DNA of 64,000 nucleotides, taken from contig JANWIN010000004.1 in NCBI GenBank assembly GCA_025449905.1, forward strand, positions 24,656 to 88,655, written 5' to 3'. Below, in pieces: positions 10,071-19,810 of the stretch. Both the position numbers and the translations under genes were made by a program. Position 1 is the first letter of the stretch; the number at the start of each line of letters is the position of its first letter. The notes beneath the pieces were generated by a model that worked only from the letters and a program-made list of their open reading frames with translations, did not search any database and was not told the DNA's origin. The DNA is from Candidatus Saccharimonadales bacterium (GTDB taxonomy: Bacteria > Patescibacteriota > Saccharimonadia > Saccharimonadales > JANWIN01).

Positions 10071-11004
10071 TATTTTCACAAACGACAACAAGTTGCTCTA
10101 CACTAACTTTTTTATAGCCGCGATTACGTACTTCTAAATCAAAATCAGACTTATTAACTTCTTCTATAGCGTCAAAGACAACGGCTGGGCTTGGGCGGGG
10201 CAATCGTTTATTTACTCTTTCTTTTAACTTCATGCTATGCAGAAGAGACATTATGACCCATTGATAGTCACCCCATCCCTCTGCAGGCACCCGCAATTCT
10301 GCGGGTTCAGCTGATTCCTGGGACTGTTCAATATAACTCCTTATGGTTACTCTAGCAGCTAAATCTGCAATCACTTTATCGGGACCGTGTTTCTTGTACC
10401 AGTTTTCCGGGAGTTCGTAATCAGGGAATTTTTCACTTATTACTTTTTCGGCATCTTCCCATGCTTCTTGATGGTAGCTTTCACCTCTTGTAGCTTCGAC
10501 AATTAAAGCGCCTCGTTTTACTCCGCGAACTAAATTATCAATCGTTTTGCCATTTTCATCTATATGATAACTAGCCATAAGTTTATAACCTGCATCGTAT
10601 TGGCTCTCTTCCCCTATAGGACGAGTAATGTCCGCTCTTCTAAGCACGATAGTTGAATGTCCTGCTTCGTGTGCGTCTAGCAGGGCAACATGTTCAGAGG
10701 CATGGTCTAATACGGCTTCTGAATAATCAACCCCAACAATTCTTAAACCGCTGGGGTGCTGACTGTAAAGACGTCTTATAAAATAGCCATCTCCACATGC
10801 TAGGTCAATAACTCGCCCATCTGTAATGTCGAAGGGAATTTCCGCAATTTCTTGATAAATATTACGGCGCGGCACAGCATACTTGAGAGTAAATCCCCGA
10901 CGTATTCCTGCATACATAAAAGAATAGTCATACTGATCATGAGATACTTCACTTGGGCGACTCAACATAGCCGCAGGATCTCCCACACTTTCACTAGCTG
11001 ACAT
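10063..11004 (-). CDS. class I SAM-dependent methyltransferase
   Basis: VIDLACGDG motif I, VGVDYS, ADIT. Confidence 0.8.
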   Translation of the reverse strand: MSASESVGDPAAMLSRPSEVSHDQYDYSFMYAGIRRGFTLKYAVPRRNIYQEIAEIPFDITDGRVIDLACGDGYFIRRLYSQHPSGLRIVGVDYSEAVLDHASEHVALLDAHEAGHSTIVLRRADITRPIGEESQYDAGYKLMASYHIDENGKTIDNLVRGVKRGALIVEATRGESYHQEAWEDAEKVISEKFPDYELPENWYKKHGPDKVIADLAARVTIRSYIEQSQESAEPAELRVPAEGWGDYQWVIMSLLHSMKLKERVNKRLPRPSPAVVFDAIEEVNKSDFDLEVRNRGYKKVSVEQLVVVCENTK

Positions 11005-11080
11005 ATTTTATACAATATCAAAAAAATTATATTGCAAGAACTGCTTAAGTAATGCCATAAATAGGGTAAAATAAGGCTAT

Positions 11081-11752
11081 ATGTCTGTAGAGGCTCTGTC
11101 AGAACTTCGAAAAGTTTTAAGTGAGGGCAGGACTTATGAAATACAAAAAGGCCAGGTTATTCTATCAACAGAAGATCGAGAAGTCTTTAATTATATCTCT
11201 TCAGGTTTTGTTAAGCGTTACCTAATTTCTCACAAAGGGGATATTGGCGTGCAGATTATTTACGGGCCGGGTGATTTTTTCCCTCTTAGCCGTGTATATA
11301 AAGTTTTATTTAATCAAGACCTTTATAAAGGACCAGAAATTTATTACTACGAAGCTATGACAGACCTTGAGCTTAGCACTATTGACGCTGCAGAATTAAA
11401 AGAAAAAGTAACCGGCAGTATGTTATTGCACCGTGCTCTTCTAATAGAGGCCGGCAAGCGGCTAGAAACGACTCTTTGGGGGCTGGAAAATATCATGATG
11501 GAGAATTCTCAAAAAAGGGTAGCTCACCAATTGGCCTATTATGCTCGCCATTTTGGCAAAAAAACCAGCAAAGGAGTTGAAATTAAAATCCCTCTAACCC
11601 ATCAAGACTTAGCCGACATCCTTAGTGTTGCGCGTGAGACGGTTTCGCCGGCAATGAAGCAACTTAGAAAAGAGGGCTTGATTAAAACCAATAGACACAT
11701 AGTAGTGCCAAATATAAATAAGCTAGAAAAAGAAGCCTATACAAGCGAATAG
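11081..11752 (+). CDS. Crp/Fnr family transcriptional regulator
   Basis: cNMP-binding fold (YISSGFVK, GPGDFF) and C-terminal HTH LTHQDLADILSVARETVS. Confidence 0.92.
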   Translation: MSVEALSELRKVLSEGRTYEIQKGQVILSTEDREVFNYISSGFVKRYLISHKGDIGVQIIYGPGDFFPLSRVYKVLFNQDLYKGPEIYYYEAMTDLELSTIDAAELKEKVTGSMLLHRALLIEAGKRLETTLWGLENIMMENSQKRVAHQLAYYARHFGKKTSKGVEIKIPLTHQDLADILSVARETVSPAMKQLRKEGLIKTNRHIVVPNINKLEKEAYTSE

Positions 11753-11757
11753 TGATT

Positions 11758-12141
11758 TTATTTTTCGAAAGTTTTAATAGCGCTAATTAAATCATCCAGC
11801 GAAACTTCAGCTTTGACAAGATAACCATCCATAATTTTTTTAACATCTGGGGTTAAAAGAGTGCTATCTTGACCAAGGTTTGTCAGCATTATTATTTTCG
11901 GCTGGCTAGTCAAGAGAGATGGGTCGCTGCGCAAGGTTTTTAAAACTTCATAGCCATCTTTTTTAGGCATCATAATGTCTAAAAAAATTAAATCTGGCTT
12001 GTAGCTTTTGGCAACGGCTATGGCTTGCTCGCCGTCAAAGGCAACATTTACATCATAGCCTTTAGACTTAATAAAATTTCTATACATCTCGCAGAGCTCG
12101 GCGTTATCCTCGACCATTAATATTTTATGTATAGCTGCCAT
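11758..12141 (-). CDS. stand-alone response regulator receiver
   Basis: ILMVEDN, LDIMMP, DGYEVL, LTN, YLVK. Confidence 0.93.
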   Translation of the reverse strand: MAAIHKILMVEDNAELCEMYRNFIKSKGYDVNVAFDGEQAIAVAKSYKPDLIFLDIMMPKKDGYEVLKTLRSDPSLLTSQPKIIMLTNLGQDSTLLTPDVKKIMDGYLVKAEVSLDDLISAIKTFEK

Positions 12142-12164
12142 GGCTTATAAGTTCGAACCAATCA

Positions 12165-12938
12165 TTATTTTTTAATAATACTTACCAGTTCTTCGAAGTC
12201 ACCGGTTTCTAAATCTGTAGTTGCTACTTCAGCCGCCACCCCCGGGCAATGCCACTTATTCTCTTTAGTTTTTTTATCAATTGGCGTCCAATCGTAAAAC
12301 TTAATGCAGCCGGTGTAGGTCGCCAGCTTAGTTTTTACAGTTTCATTTACGGCTACGACGTTTCGCGTGTCTTCAGCCTCACCTTTGTCATATTCTTGTT
12401 TGTAAGAATCACCTACTTTATTATCAGCCTTTATCCAATAACCGGGTTTAGCCCCGTTAACGCCAGCCAACCACGAACCTTCGTGGTCAGTAAATTGCCC
12501 GCCTTCGTAATTTTCAACATCCTCACCAAAATACCAAACATTACCATCTTTATCTTGGGCTACATAGTCGCGGGTGGCCTCTGCGACTATGCCGTTAACC
12601 GACACTACATCATGATAAATTAAGGTCTCTACGCCAGTTATTTTTTTGGTAGCACCGGTTATGGTAATAACCGATCTTTCCAGACCTTCCTTAGTATTAA
12701 CTTCATAAACTAGTTTGCGGCCAACCGGTAGCGAAAAGTAGGGATTGGTTATTTTGGTGGTAAAGTCTTCAGGATTTATCGACGGGTTGTATTCCTCGAC
12801 GGCGGGCTGGCTAGACTGCTTTTTATCATCGTTCCTGTTTATAACATAGTACGCACCGCTACCAATTAAAACCAAGGCTAGCAATAAAACTATGATTTCA
12901 ATAATGCCAAAACCGCTGTTATTGTGCTTGTGTTTCAC
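12165..12938 (-). CDS. prepilin-type N-terminal cleavage motif protein (surface-anchored)
   Basis: SG|FGIIE followed by a hydrophobic helix; beta-rich soluble domain with DGNVWYFGED. Confidence 0.75.
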   Translation of the reverse strand: MKHKHNNSGFGIIEIIVLLLALVLIGSGAYYVINRNDDKKQSSQPAVEEYNPSINPEDFTTKITNPYFSLPVGRKLVYEVNTKEGLERSVITITGATKKITGVETLIYHDVVSVNGIVAEATRDYVAQDKDGNVWYFGEDVENYEGGQFTDHEGSWLAGVNGAKPGYWIKADNKVGDSYKQEYDKGEAEDTRNVVAVNETVKTKLATYTGCIKFYDWTPIDKKTKENKWHCPGVAAEVATTDLETGDFEELVSIIKK

Positions 12939-12961
12939 AACTTTACTTTATCATAGGAACT

Positions 12962-12999
12962 AAAATGCCCCCAGTCCTGCAGTCCCAGAGCTGGGGGCA
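12962..12999 (-). terminator. probable intrinsic terminator downstream of the KGG gene
   Basis: TGCCCCCAG/CTGGGGGCA stem followed by TTTT on the minus strand. Confidence 0.5.
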
Positions 13000-13021
13000 C
13001 TAAGGTTAACTTACAATCTTG

Positions 13022-13192
13022 CTAAGATCGCTTCGAGCTAGCACCACCTTTTCGTCCGGCTTCACTGGCTTTTTTACGGTCGTTTTTAAAATTACCACCG
13101 CTCATTCGGCCGCCTTTACTGGCTATTTCTCGTTGCCTTTCTTTATCCATTGCCGCAAAGCCGCGTTTGCGCGTAAGCATGGTCTGATTCAT
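13022..13192 (-). CDS. KGG-motif general stress protein (YciG/YmdF/Con-10-like), 56 aa; absent from the ORF track
   Basis: Manual translation MNQTMLTRKRGFAAMDKERQREIASKGGRMSGGNFKNDRKKASEAGRKGGASSKRS; AGGAGG RBS upstream. Confidence 0.9.
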   Translation of the reverse strand: MNQTMLTRKRGFAAMDKERQREIASKGGRMSGGNFKNDRKKASEAGRKGGASSKRS

Positions 13193-13333
13193 AAACCCTC
13201 CTTTTACCCGCCTAAACTTTGTAAAAAAATTGTGCGGGTTAAATTAATTGCCAACTAAGCTTAAAAGCTTGGCAACTTCTTGTCAGTAAAGTTTTTGACA
13301 AACGCAGTGTGAGCTTTTTATCAGAATTTTAAA

Positions 13334-13657
13334 TTAAGCTATAGCTTTGTCTTGGAGAGCAGCACCAAAGTGGTCTTCCATGGTCAGCATGTGCTTACCC
13401 GCTTGATCACTGACTGTAACTAGTCTTTGGGTAAGATCAACAATTGCTCTGGCCTCTGCTTCGGCTTCTGTAACTCTTTGCTGCAACTGTTCACGGAATT
13501 CTTTAATAGTCGGAGTACTAAAAGCCGCCTCATGATCGGTCAAGGCTTTAGATAATATTTGTAGGGTCCGAGAAACTTCTGCAAGTTCTGCCAGCAATTC
13601 ACGAATTTCTCGGTTGGCCGTTTGGTAGGATTGACTATCGATTTTGTATACGAACAT
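13334..13657 (-). CDS. small helical hypothetical protein (possible WXG100-like hairpin)
   Basis: 107 aa, two amphipathic helices; GGAGG RBS. Confidence 0.65.
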   Translation of the reverse strand: MFVYKIDSQSYQTANREIRELLAELAEVSRTLQILSKALTDHEAAFSTPTIKEFREQLQQRVTEAEAEARAIVDLTQRLVTVSDQAGKHMLTMEDHFGAALQDKAIA

Positions 13658-13850
13658 TTAAACCTCCGTTAGTCAATGAAATGTTACCACATAGTTTATG
13701 TCTTGTAAATAAGATTATGATAGTAGCGTTTATGTTTTAATTTGGGCTAAAACGGCGTGTGAGAAATTTCACATTCTTGCAATTGTAAAGTGATATAATT
13801 TTCCCACAGCATACTGTTTATGCTTATATAAACTATCAAAAAGGAAAAAC

Positions 13851-14396
13851 ATGGCAAAATCTTCAGCAAAAAGTAAACAAGTTGTTAAGGACCGCACGCG
13901 TTTGGAATGGGCGCTGTTAATAGCACTGCTACTTATAGCATTTCTGCTATTAGCCTCGCGGAATGATTGGTGGCCTTGGAATACGACCAACGATAATTTA
14001 GGCACAGCATTTTACGTAATCAAAGCCAAAGATTCTAAAAATACCAGCAGTTCTGGCCACAGTGCCAGCGGCTCTGGCGGCAGCAGCGGCAGCTCTAACA
14101 ATGGTAGCGCAGGTAGCAATGGTAGCGGCAACGGAGGTAGCGGTGGTGGAAATGGTGGAGGAGGTTCATCTTCTACTACGTCCCGACTCCTAACCTTTGC
14201 GGCTGGAGTTGACACTGGCGACACCAAAGAACAGACTAGCGCCGAAGCTGGCGACTTAAATGAAAACTGTGCACTTTTGGTAAATTCGTCAACTGCTGGC
14301 AAGCAAGAGGTTTGTACCTACACCGAAGGCGATAAAGTCGTAACCGTTACGTTCTTGAACGATCACGTTGTAAGCGCTTCTAAATCAGGCTTCTAG
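13851..14396 (+). CDS. membrane-anchored protein with Gly/Ser linker and small Cys-containing C-terminal domain
   Basis: TM helix, G/S low-complexity tract, AAGGA RBS. Confidence 0.75.
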   Translation: MAKSSAKSKQVVKDRTRLEWALLIALLLIAFLLLASRNDWWPWNTTNDNLGTAFYVIKAKDSKNTSSSGHSASGSGGSSGSSNNGSAGSNGSGNGGSGGGNGGGGSSSTTSRLLTFAAGVDTGDTKEQTSAEAGDLNENCALLVNSSTAGKQEVCTYTEGDKVVTVTFLNDHVVSASKSGF

Positions 14397-14406
14397 ATAA
14401 AGTTAC

Positions 14407-14424
14407 TGGCTTCGGGACTAGGAT
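14407..14424 (-). repeat. duplicate of the tRNA-Gln 3' end (18 bp)
   Basis: TGGCTTCGGGACTAGGAT is identical to 14577-14594. Confidence 0.9.
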
Positions 14425-14576
14425 ATCGTGCTCACTGTGTTCGCACTCCGCCTTCGCTGCTCGATAAAATCAGACAAGTCTAATTTTCTCTGCGCGGCTC
14501 ATCTGCCCAACCCACGGTTCTCATCCTAGTTCAAAATAATCCTCCATAGTTCGTACAAAAGGCGAACGACGGAGGA

Positions 14577-14650
14577 TGGCTTCGGGACTAGGATTCGAAC
14601 CTAGATTGCTGGGACCAGAACCCAGAGTCCTACCATTAGACGATCCCGAA
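14577..14650 (-). tRNA. tRNA-Gln(CTG)
   Basis: Reverse complement folds as a cloverleaf: acceptor TTCGGGA/TCCCGAA, anticodon arm CTGGG-TTCTGGT-CCCAG, GGTTCGAATCC T-arm, encoded CCA. Confidence 0.97.
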
Positions 14651-14702
14651 ATATCTAAGGCTATTATATCTTAGGCGGCATGTGTAATAGAATAAAGCTT
14701 AA

Positions 14703-15194
14703 ATGAGAACTATAAACCGCGAATACATGCGCAGCGTCATGTTTGGGATTGAAAATAGCCTGATTTCTACTGCTGGCCTAATTGCTGGCCTAAGCGTCGG
14801 CAGCAAGGATAAAGAGTTGGTTGTATTAGGTGCAGTAGTAGCCATTTTGATTGAAGCGGTAGCCATGGGTGTAGGTGAGTATCTTAGCGACGATGCTGTG
14901 CAAGAACTCGATAAGATTAAACGCCACCCGGACAATTCGATGCTTAGCGGACTATTGATGACTACGGCCGGTACGGTTGCCGGCCTGATACCGCTGGCGC
15001 CAGTAATCTTTCTGGACTACCCAACTTCATTAATAGTAAGCATCAGCGTAGCCCTCGCCGTACTGTTTTTGCTCGGTTATGTAAAAGGCAGGTTATTAAA
15101 AACCAACCCCATCAAGGGCGGCATAAAAATATTGATTGTCGGCGGTTTAGCTACTAGTGTCGGTGTTGTAGTTGGTCTAATCTTTAAAGTCTAA
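14703..15194 (+). CDS. VIT1/CCC1 family Fe/Mn transporter
   Basis: FGIENSL, EAVAMGVGEYLS, GLIPLAP. Confidence 0.88.
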   Translation: MRTINREYMRSVMFGIENSLISTAGLIAGLSVGSKDKELVVLGAVVAILIEAVAMGVGEYLSDDAVQELDKIKRHPDNSMLSGLLMTTAGTVAGLIPLAPVIFLDYPTSLIVSISVALAVLFLLGYVKGRLLKTNPIKGGIKILIVGGLATSVGVVVGLIFKV

Positions 15195-15281
15195 AACAAA
15201 CCCAATTCTTAGTTGGTATCCTAGACAATCATCGTCTTCATAAATTTGACATAATTCTAAACAACTGTTATTAATTTATAT

Positions 15282-16100
15282 ATGAAAGCAGAGCCGTTAA
15301 AAGAAGCACTAGATCGCTTTAGCCAACTAGAGGATATTGAAAGACGACGCGAAACAGCCAGTGAATTTATGAAAAATTCATTAGCGGTAGCCGCTAGAAC
15401 CGGTGAAGCTAAACTGGAAGAACTTTGTGCTTCAACCGAAGTTCGCGAGCCAATTTTGGAGTTCGCTAGAAGTTATGAAAGAGACAGAGAAGATCTAGCT
15501 TTCTTGAAAAGCCAACAAGACCTAGTCGATGCCGAGGACTTGGAATCCAAAACCAGGCAATTAGATGAACGTAGCTCAGATCCTCGGTTAAGATTTGCAG
15601 CTCGTTTCTTAGGTTATAGCTCATTAAATAACGCGAGTGATGAAACTGTGGAGACAACAGAGCCCGAACGAAGCGATAATGAGCCACCAATGGACTTAAC
15701 CTTCTTTGAAAGACCACCAGAAGTGGTAGCAGAAGATATGAAAGGGCTGACTATCAGTGTCAAGGGTAATAGTGCTGTCATAACCGAAACATTTCCCCAA
15801 GATGAAAAATATAATGAAAAGTGGGCTAGCGATCCGATTTTTGGCGATAACCGCGTTGATGTAATGGTAAGTAAGTATCGGGGGCATAAAATCCTTTATA
15901 TAAAGGCTGGTGACGCAAACCACAGTCTTGATTGTGTGCGTATAAATGGTATTGAAATTGACGGCAAAAAAATCAAAAGCGCCAACCAAATTTGTGAAGC
16001 TTTAGGTCTGGATGAAGAAGTTGTGGGTGATTTAAGATTCGATGGTAAAAAAATTAAAATTGTTAATTTAAAGCCGCTTAAAAACAAAAAGACTAGCTAG
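15282..16100 (+). CDS. hypothetical protein
   Basis: 272 aa ORF with a helical/coiled N-terminus. Confidence 0.7.
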   Translation: MKAEPLKEALDRFSQLEDIERRRETASEFMKNSLAVAARTGEAKLEELCASTEVREPILEFARSYERDREDLAFLKSQQDLVDAEDLESKTRQLDERSSDPRLRFAARFLGYSSLNNASDETVETTEPERSDNEPPMDLTFFERPPEVVAEDMKGLTISVKGNSAVITETFPQDEKYNEKWASDPIFGDNRVDVMVSKYRGHKILYIKAGDANHSLDCVRINGIEIDGKKIKSANQICEALGLDEEVVGDLRFDGKKIKIVNLKPLKNKKTS

Positions 16101-16113
16101 ACGTAGCTTTTCC

Positions 16114-19100
16114 TTAGTCCTTTAAAAATACAGCACCCTGGGCCACCGAAAGCGGTCTAAACAATATGTGATTTCCTTGTTTGGTTAGTCGGATGCGAGA
16201 TAAACCACCCGCCACAATAACCTCGGGAGGTATATTTTTAATTTGTCTATAGCGTCGTTTTTTAGCAGTCATGTCTTTAAGGATTACCTCTTCTTCATCG
16301 GCAACATACTGATCATGACTATTAAAAGATGGCTTCAAAACAGTACCGCTATCTAAACGATACTCCTGATCAATTTTTTTAGGATTTCTAACTCGCGCAT
16401 TTCGTTTGACGAATTTAAGGCCGCTTAGCGACCTTTGACCCAATTGATTTGCTAAAGCATCAACATCAGTTAAGCAATCGGCTTGTTTTTCTAAAGTAAC
16501 TACACGACCCCTCAAATCGCCATTGCTATAGACTAGTCCGCTATAAGCTTTGACAACTTTGAAGCCCATTTGCCCAGCAAGATTATTGAACGTCCCGACA
16601 TCGGCCAGATCAAGTGAATATATCTGAGTTACTATAGCCTTGCCACCTACTTTAAGAACTCGGTTCATTTCTTTAAATATAGCTAATCGTTCCAAGGCTT
16701 CTGGATCAACCGATCTTTTGGACGGCCGATACTTTGTACTATCGAGCACTAAACCAAGGCTGACTACATCCATGGAGCCTGAAGCGATGGGTACATTAAC
16801 GACACTGCCGACAATGTTTTTAGGAGCTGGTCTATGATGATCAAAATGATTTAAATTGATATCTAGACTAGTAACATTCCTCGCTAGATTATCAGCAATA
16901 TGCTGTTTTAACATTTCGGGCCCCGAACCTAAATCCAAAATAGCCGGTGCAGCAAGCTCACCGTTTTTTCTATACTCTTCTATTATTGTGCTAGTTAAGC
17001 GTGCCATATTGGCTTGATAGCTGCGACTGGAAAGTTCTTTATAGGTTGATGCGTACTCGGCTCCGCTACTGGCAACCAAACGCCGAGTAGCTAATTCGCC
17101 TTGCTGCTTAAGCCGTCCAAACATTTTGTCGATGCGTTGGGTGGCATTGAAATAGTGTGCGGCCAGCTCTGGATTGACGTCGGCATTTGGTTCGACTTTT
17201 TCGTCTTCAGCGTCTATTAATGTTTTCCTATCAAGTTCAGATAGTGGCACGCCAAATAGTAATTTTCTAATAGCTTGATCTTTACGCTGAATATATTGGT
17301 GAATACCTTCTTCTATAGTTCCGGCGGCTATATAAGTATTGACTGTCAGCGGATTATTTCGACCCGGCCGCTGACATCTGCCAATTTCTTGCCTCTTTTC
17401 TGCCATTGTCCAGCCCTCGTTATAAAAACTAAGATCATCGGCCGCCGAAAAATCCACGCCGACGCCCGATGTCCTACCGCTAACTACCAATAACATTTTC
17501 TGATCCGAATTCTGAAATTCTTGCTGCAACTCGTACCTGGTTTCTTCTGGAGTATCCCCGTGAATTACACCAACTCTAACGTCGTCGGGGAGATCAAAAT
17601 AGTCAATTATAGAATCTTCACCAGCAATAACATCAGTAACAAAGTCGTTTACAAAAACCAGTGCTTTTCTCTTGTCTTCAAAAGTTTTTCTAAGTTCATT
17701 GCCGATATGCAAAGCTTTTGAAGGGATAATATGCGGTACAGCATCAACAGTCGCCGGGTTCAATAAAACGCGCCGGCAAGCTTGCATTTTTGATGAAAAA
17801 TCCAGTTCATCATCATCTAAAATAACCTGATATATTTCAGCTTCTGCTTCGCTAAGTGCAACATATTCAGTCTTTTCCTTTAGCATTGGTAAATCAATGC
17901 AGTCTTCCAGGCTTTTCATTTGCATTCTGGGTATTAACAAGCTGCGTAAATCTCTGACATCACGCGTGTCACCATTATCGCCGCCGCTAATCATTAGATA
18001 AGCCAGCTGTTTGTTACTGTATTTTGCGAACTTATCAGGATAAAGAACCCTTAGGGCCATGGCAATGTCACTGACTTTGTTTGGTGCCGGTGTTGCCGTG
18101 AGCATAACCGTGTAGGCATCTTTACGATTTAACAACTGGTCGGATAGCTCTACTAACTGGCTAGCTCTTTTACCGTCGCTTATATTATTTAACTGGTGTG
18201 CCTCGTCAATTATTAACATATCAAAACCAACTCGCTCCAAGGCCTTGCCGTAAGCTGGGTTGCTAAGTTTTTCATGCGAGATAAGAATGTAATCCCATTC
18301 TTCATTCCGAATATTTTCTACCATGGCTGGGCTGTTAACTTCCAAGACTCGAGGTCCTTCGCCAGTTTTAAAATATCCCAGTTGCTGACCGTTTGAATCC
18401 TTGCTATCCGATAAGTATGTTTGCCAAATTTGCTTTTCCAAAACACCGCTTGGCGCGATAACTACTGCCAGCTTTGCGCCAAGTTTCTCTTTGGCGATGA
18501 TGGCCGAAGCACTTTTGCCCAGTCCCGGATCATCAGCTATTAACATTCGTTTCTTTTCACAGATTTCTTTTATGTTAATTCGTTGGTTTAAATCCGGAAA
18601 TGGCCGCTCGGGTTTAAGGTTTTCAACTACTCTAGCAGGTAATTTAAAATCTACAAACAGAGCTAAGTAGTAGTCCATAACCTCATTAATCACCGAGTCT
18701 AAATGTTCATTATCCAGTTCGGCTACGCTTTCGCGAAGATTATCTAAATAACTAGCTATAATAGCAAAATCATCTTCAGCAGGGTTGCTGCGTTTTGTTC
18801 TGTGGTAAGTCGACAAACAGTCTTGCTTGATGACCTCAACTAAGGCCGCTTTAAGGCTAGGGCTTGATAAAAACTCAGCGGTTAAAGCCATTTGTTCAAA
18901 ATCGGGATTGCCGCGAAAAACAGTAAACTCGCCTAAGTAGTCAGCCAAGAAGCTTTTGACATAATCAATTGGCACATTTGTTAGATTTGGGCGGTAGTGA
19001 AAGAATAAGTCAGTTGCATATGCCGGTCCTAAAAGCTCTACCAATTTTTTAAATTCTTGGGCATCCAGACTCAATCCGGCTCTAATTTCTTCTGTAAACT

Positions 19101-19683
19101 CTCGAAAGTCAGTTTCGGTATCGCTGACTCGTGATCTTGCTCTTTGTTCGCGGTTGCGGAGGCTCTGACTAATAGTTGGTGCAAGATCTGGGGAAATATG
19201 AAGTTCAACCTCATCTTCAGTATTTTTATGAGGTCTAATATTCAGCGGATACTGATTCCTTAAACGCCTAGCAACTACTCGCAAATCTTCAACAGCGAAA
19301 CCGGTTAATCCAGCCAGCGAGCTGATACTAATCATATCTTCTGGTGCCGCAAGGTTTGCAGACAACCTATGCAGAACCTCCCAGTCACAATATAGAATCG
19401 CAGCATCTTCGGACGTAACGCCTAAACTAAAAAGCTGAGAAGCCTCGTCCATTACTTCATCAGTTAGCAACTTAACTTTAGATAATGGTAAGTCCAAAGC
19501 TAAAGCAATCTCAGGACGGCTAAATTTAATTCTCTCCCTAATTCCAGGTATTTCTTGGTTGACTTGGTCCTGGGCAGCGATTTCTATTAATCTCTCTTCA
19601 TATAGACGCCCAGAGTTGTCTTCCTCAACACCTCGGGCGGAAGCTTCTGCACTGTTTTGAGCTGAACTTGACTCTCTGACCAT
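16114..19683 (-). CDS. SNF2-family helicase/ATPase fused to a C-terminal class I SAM methyltransferase
   Basis: LIADDPGLGKS (motif I), LIIDEAHQ (II), LTATP (III), GVGVDFS (V), QEIGRCQRPG (VI); ILDLGSG, SLDIN and EMNRVLKVGG in the MTase domain; ATG start at 19683 assumed. Confidence 0.85.
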   Translation of the reverse strand: MVRESSSAQNSAEASARGVEEDNSGRLYEERLIEIAAQDQVNQEIPGIRERIKFSRPEIALALDLPLSKVKLLTDEVMDEASQLFSLGVTSEDAAILYCDWEVLHRLSANLAAPEDMISISSLAGLTGFAVEDLRVVARRLRNQYPLNIRPHKNTEDEVELHISPDLAPTISQSLRNREQRARSRVSDTETDFREFTEEIRAGLSLDAQEFKKLVELLGPAYATDLFFHYRPNLTNVPIDYVKSFLADYLGEFTVFRGNPDFEQMALTAEFLSSPSLKAALVEVIKQDCLSTYHRTKRSNPAEDDFAIIASYLDNLRESVAELDNEHLDSVINEVMDYYLALFVDFKLPARVVENLKPERPFPDLNQRINIKEICEKKRMLIADDPGLGKSASAIIAKEKLGAKLAVVIAPSGVLEKQIWQTYLSDSKDSNGQQLGYFKTGEGPRVLEVNSPAMVENIRNEEWDYILISHEKLSNPAYGKALERVGFDMLIIDEAHQLNNISDGKRASQLVELSDQLLNRKDAYTVMLTATPAPNKVSDIAMALRVLYPDKFAKYSNKQLAYLMISGGDNGDTRDVRDLRSLLIPRMQMKSLEDCIDLPMLKEKTEYVALSEAEAEIYQVILDDDELDFSSKMQACRRVLLNPATVDAVPHIIPSKALHIGNELRKTFEDKRKALVFVNDFVTDVIAGEDSIIDYFDLPDDVRVGVIHGDTPEETRYELQQEFQNSDQKMLLVVSGRTSGVGVDFSAADDLSFYNEGWTMAEKRQEIGRCQRPGRNNPLTVNTYIAAGTIEEGIHQYIQRKDQAIRKLLFGVPLSELDRKTLIDAEDEKVEPNADVNPELAAHYFNATQRIDKMFGRLKQQGELATRRLVASSGAEYASTYKELSSRSYQANMARLTSTIIEEYRKNGELAAPAILDLGSGPEMLKQHIADNLARNVTSLDINLNHFDHHRPAPKNIVGSVVNVPIASGSMDVVSLGLVLDSTKYRPSKRSVDPEALERLAIFKEMNRVLKVGGKAIVTQIYSLDLADVGTFNNLAGQMGFKVVKAYSGLVYSNGDLRGRVVTLEKQADCLTDVDALANQLGQRSLSGLKFVKRNARVRNPKKIDQEYRLDSGTVLKPSFNSHDQYVADEEEVILKDMTAKKRRYRQIKNIPPEVIVAGGLSRIRLTKQGNHILFRPLSVAQGAVFLKD

Positions 19684-19810
19684 AAGACTGATTCTCTGAA
19701 CATATTTTATCAAAATATTGCAAATTTGTAAAATATAGATAATAAGATAATTCTAGATAATAATATTGACCGACATCTAAAATTAGGATAGAATATAACC
19801 TGAAGTAATT

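Noticed and set aside
13019-13258. 79-aa plus-strand ORF
   Set aside because: Shadow of the minus-strand KGG gene
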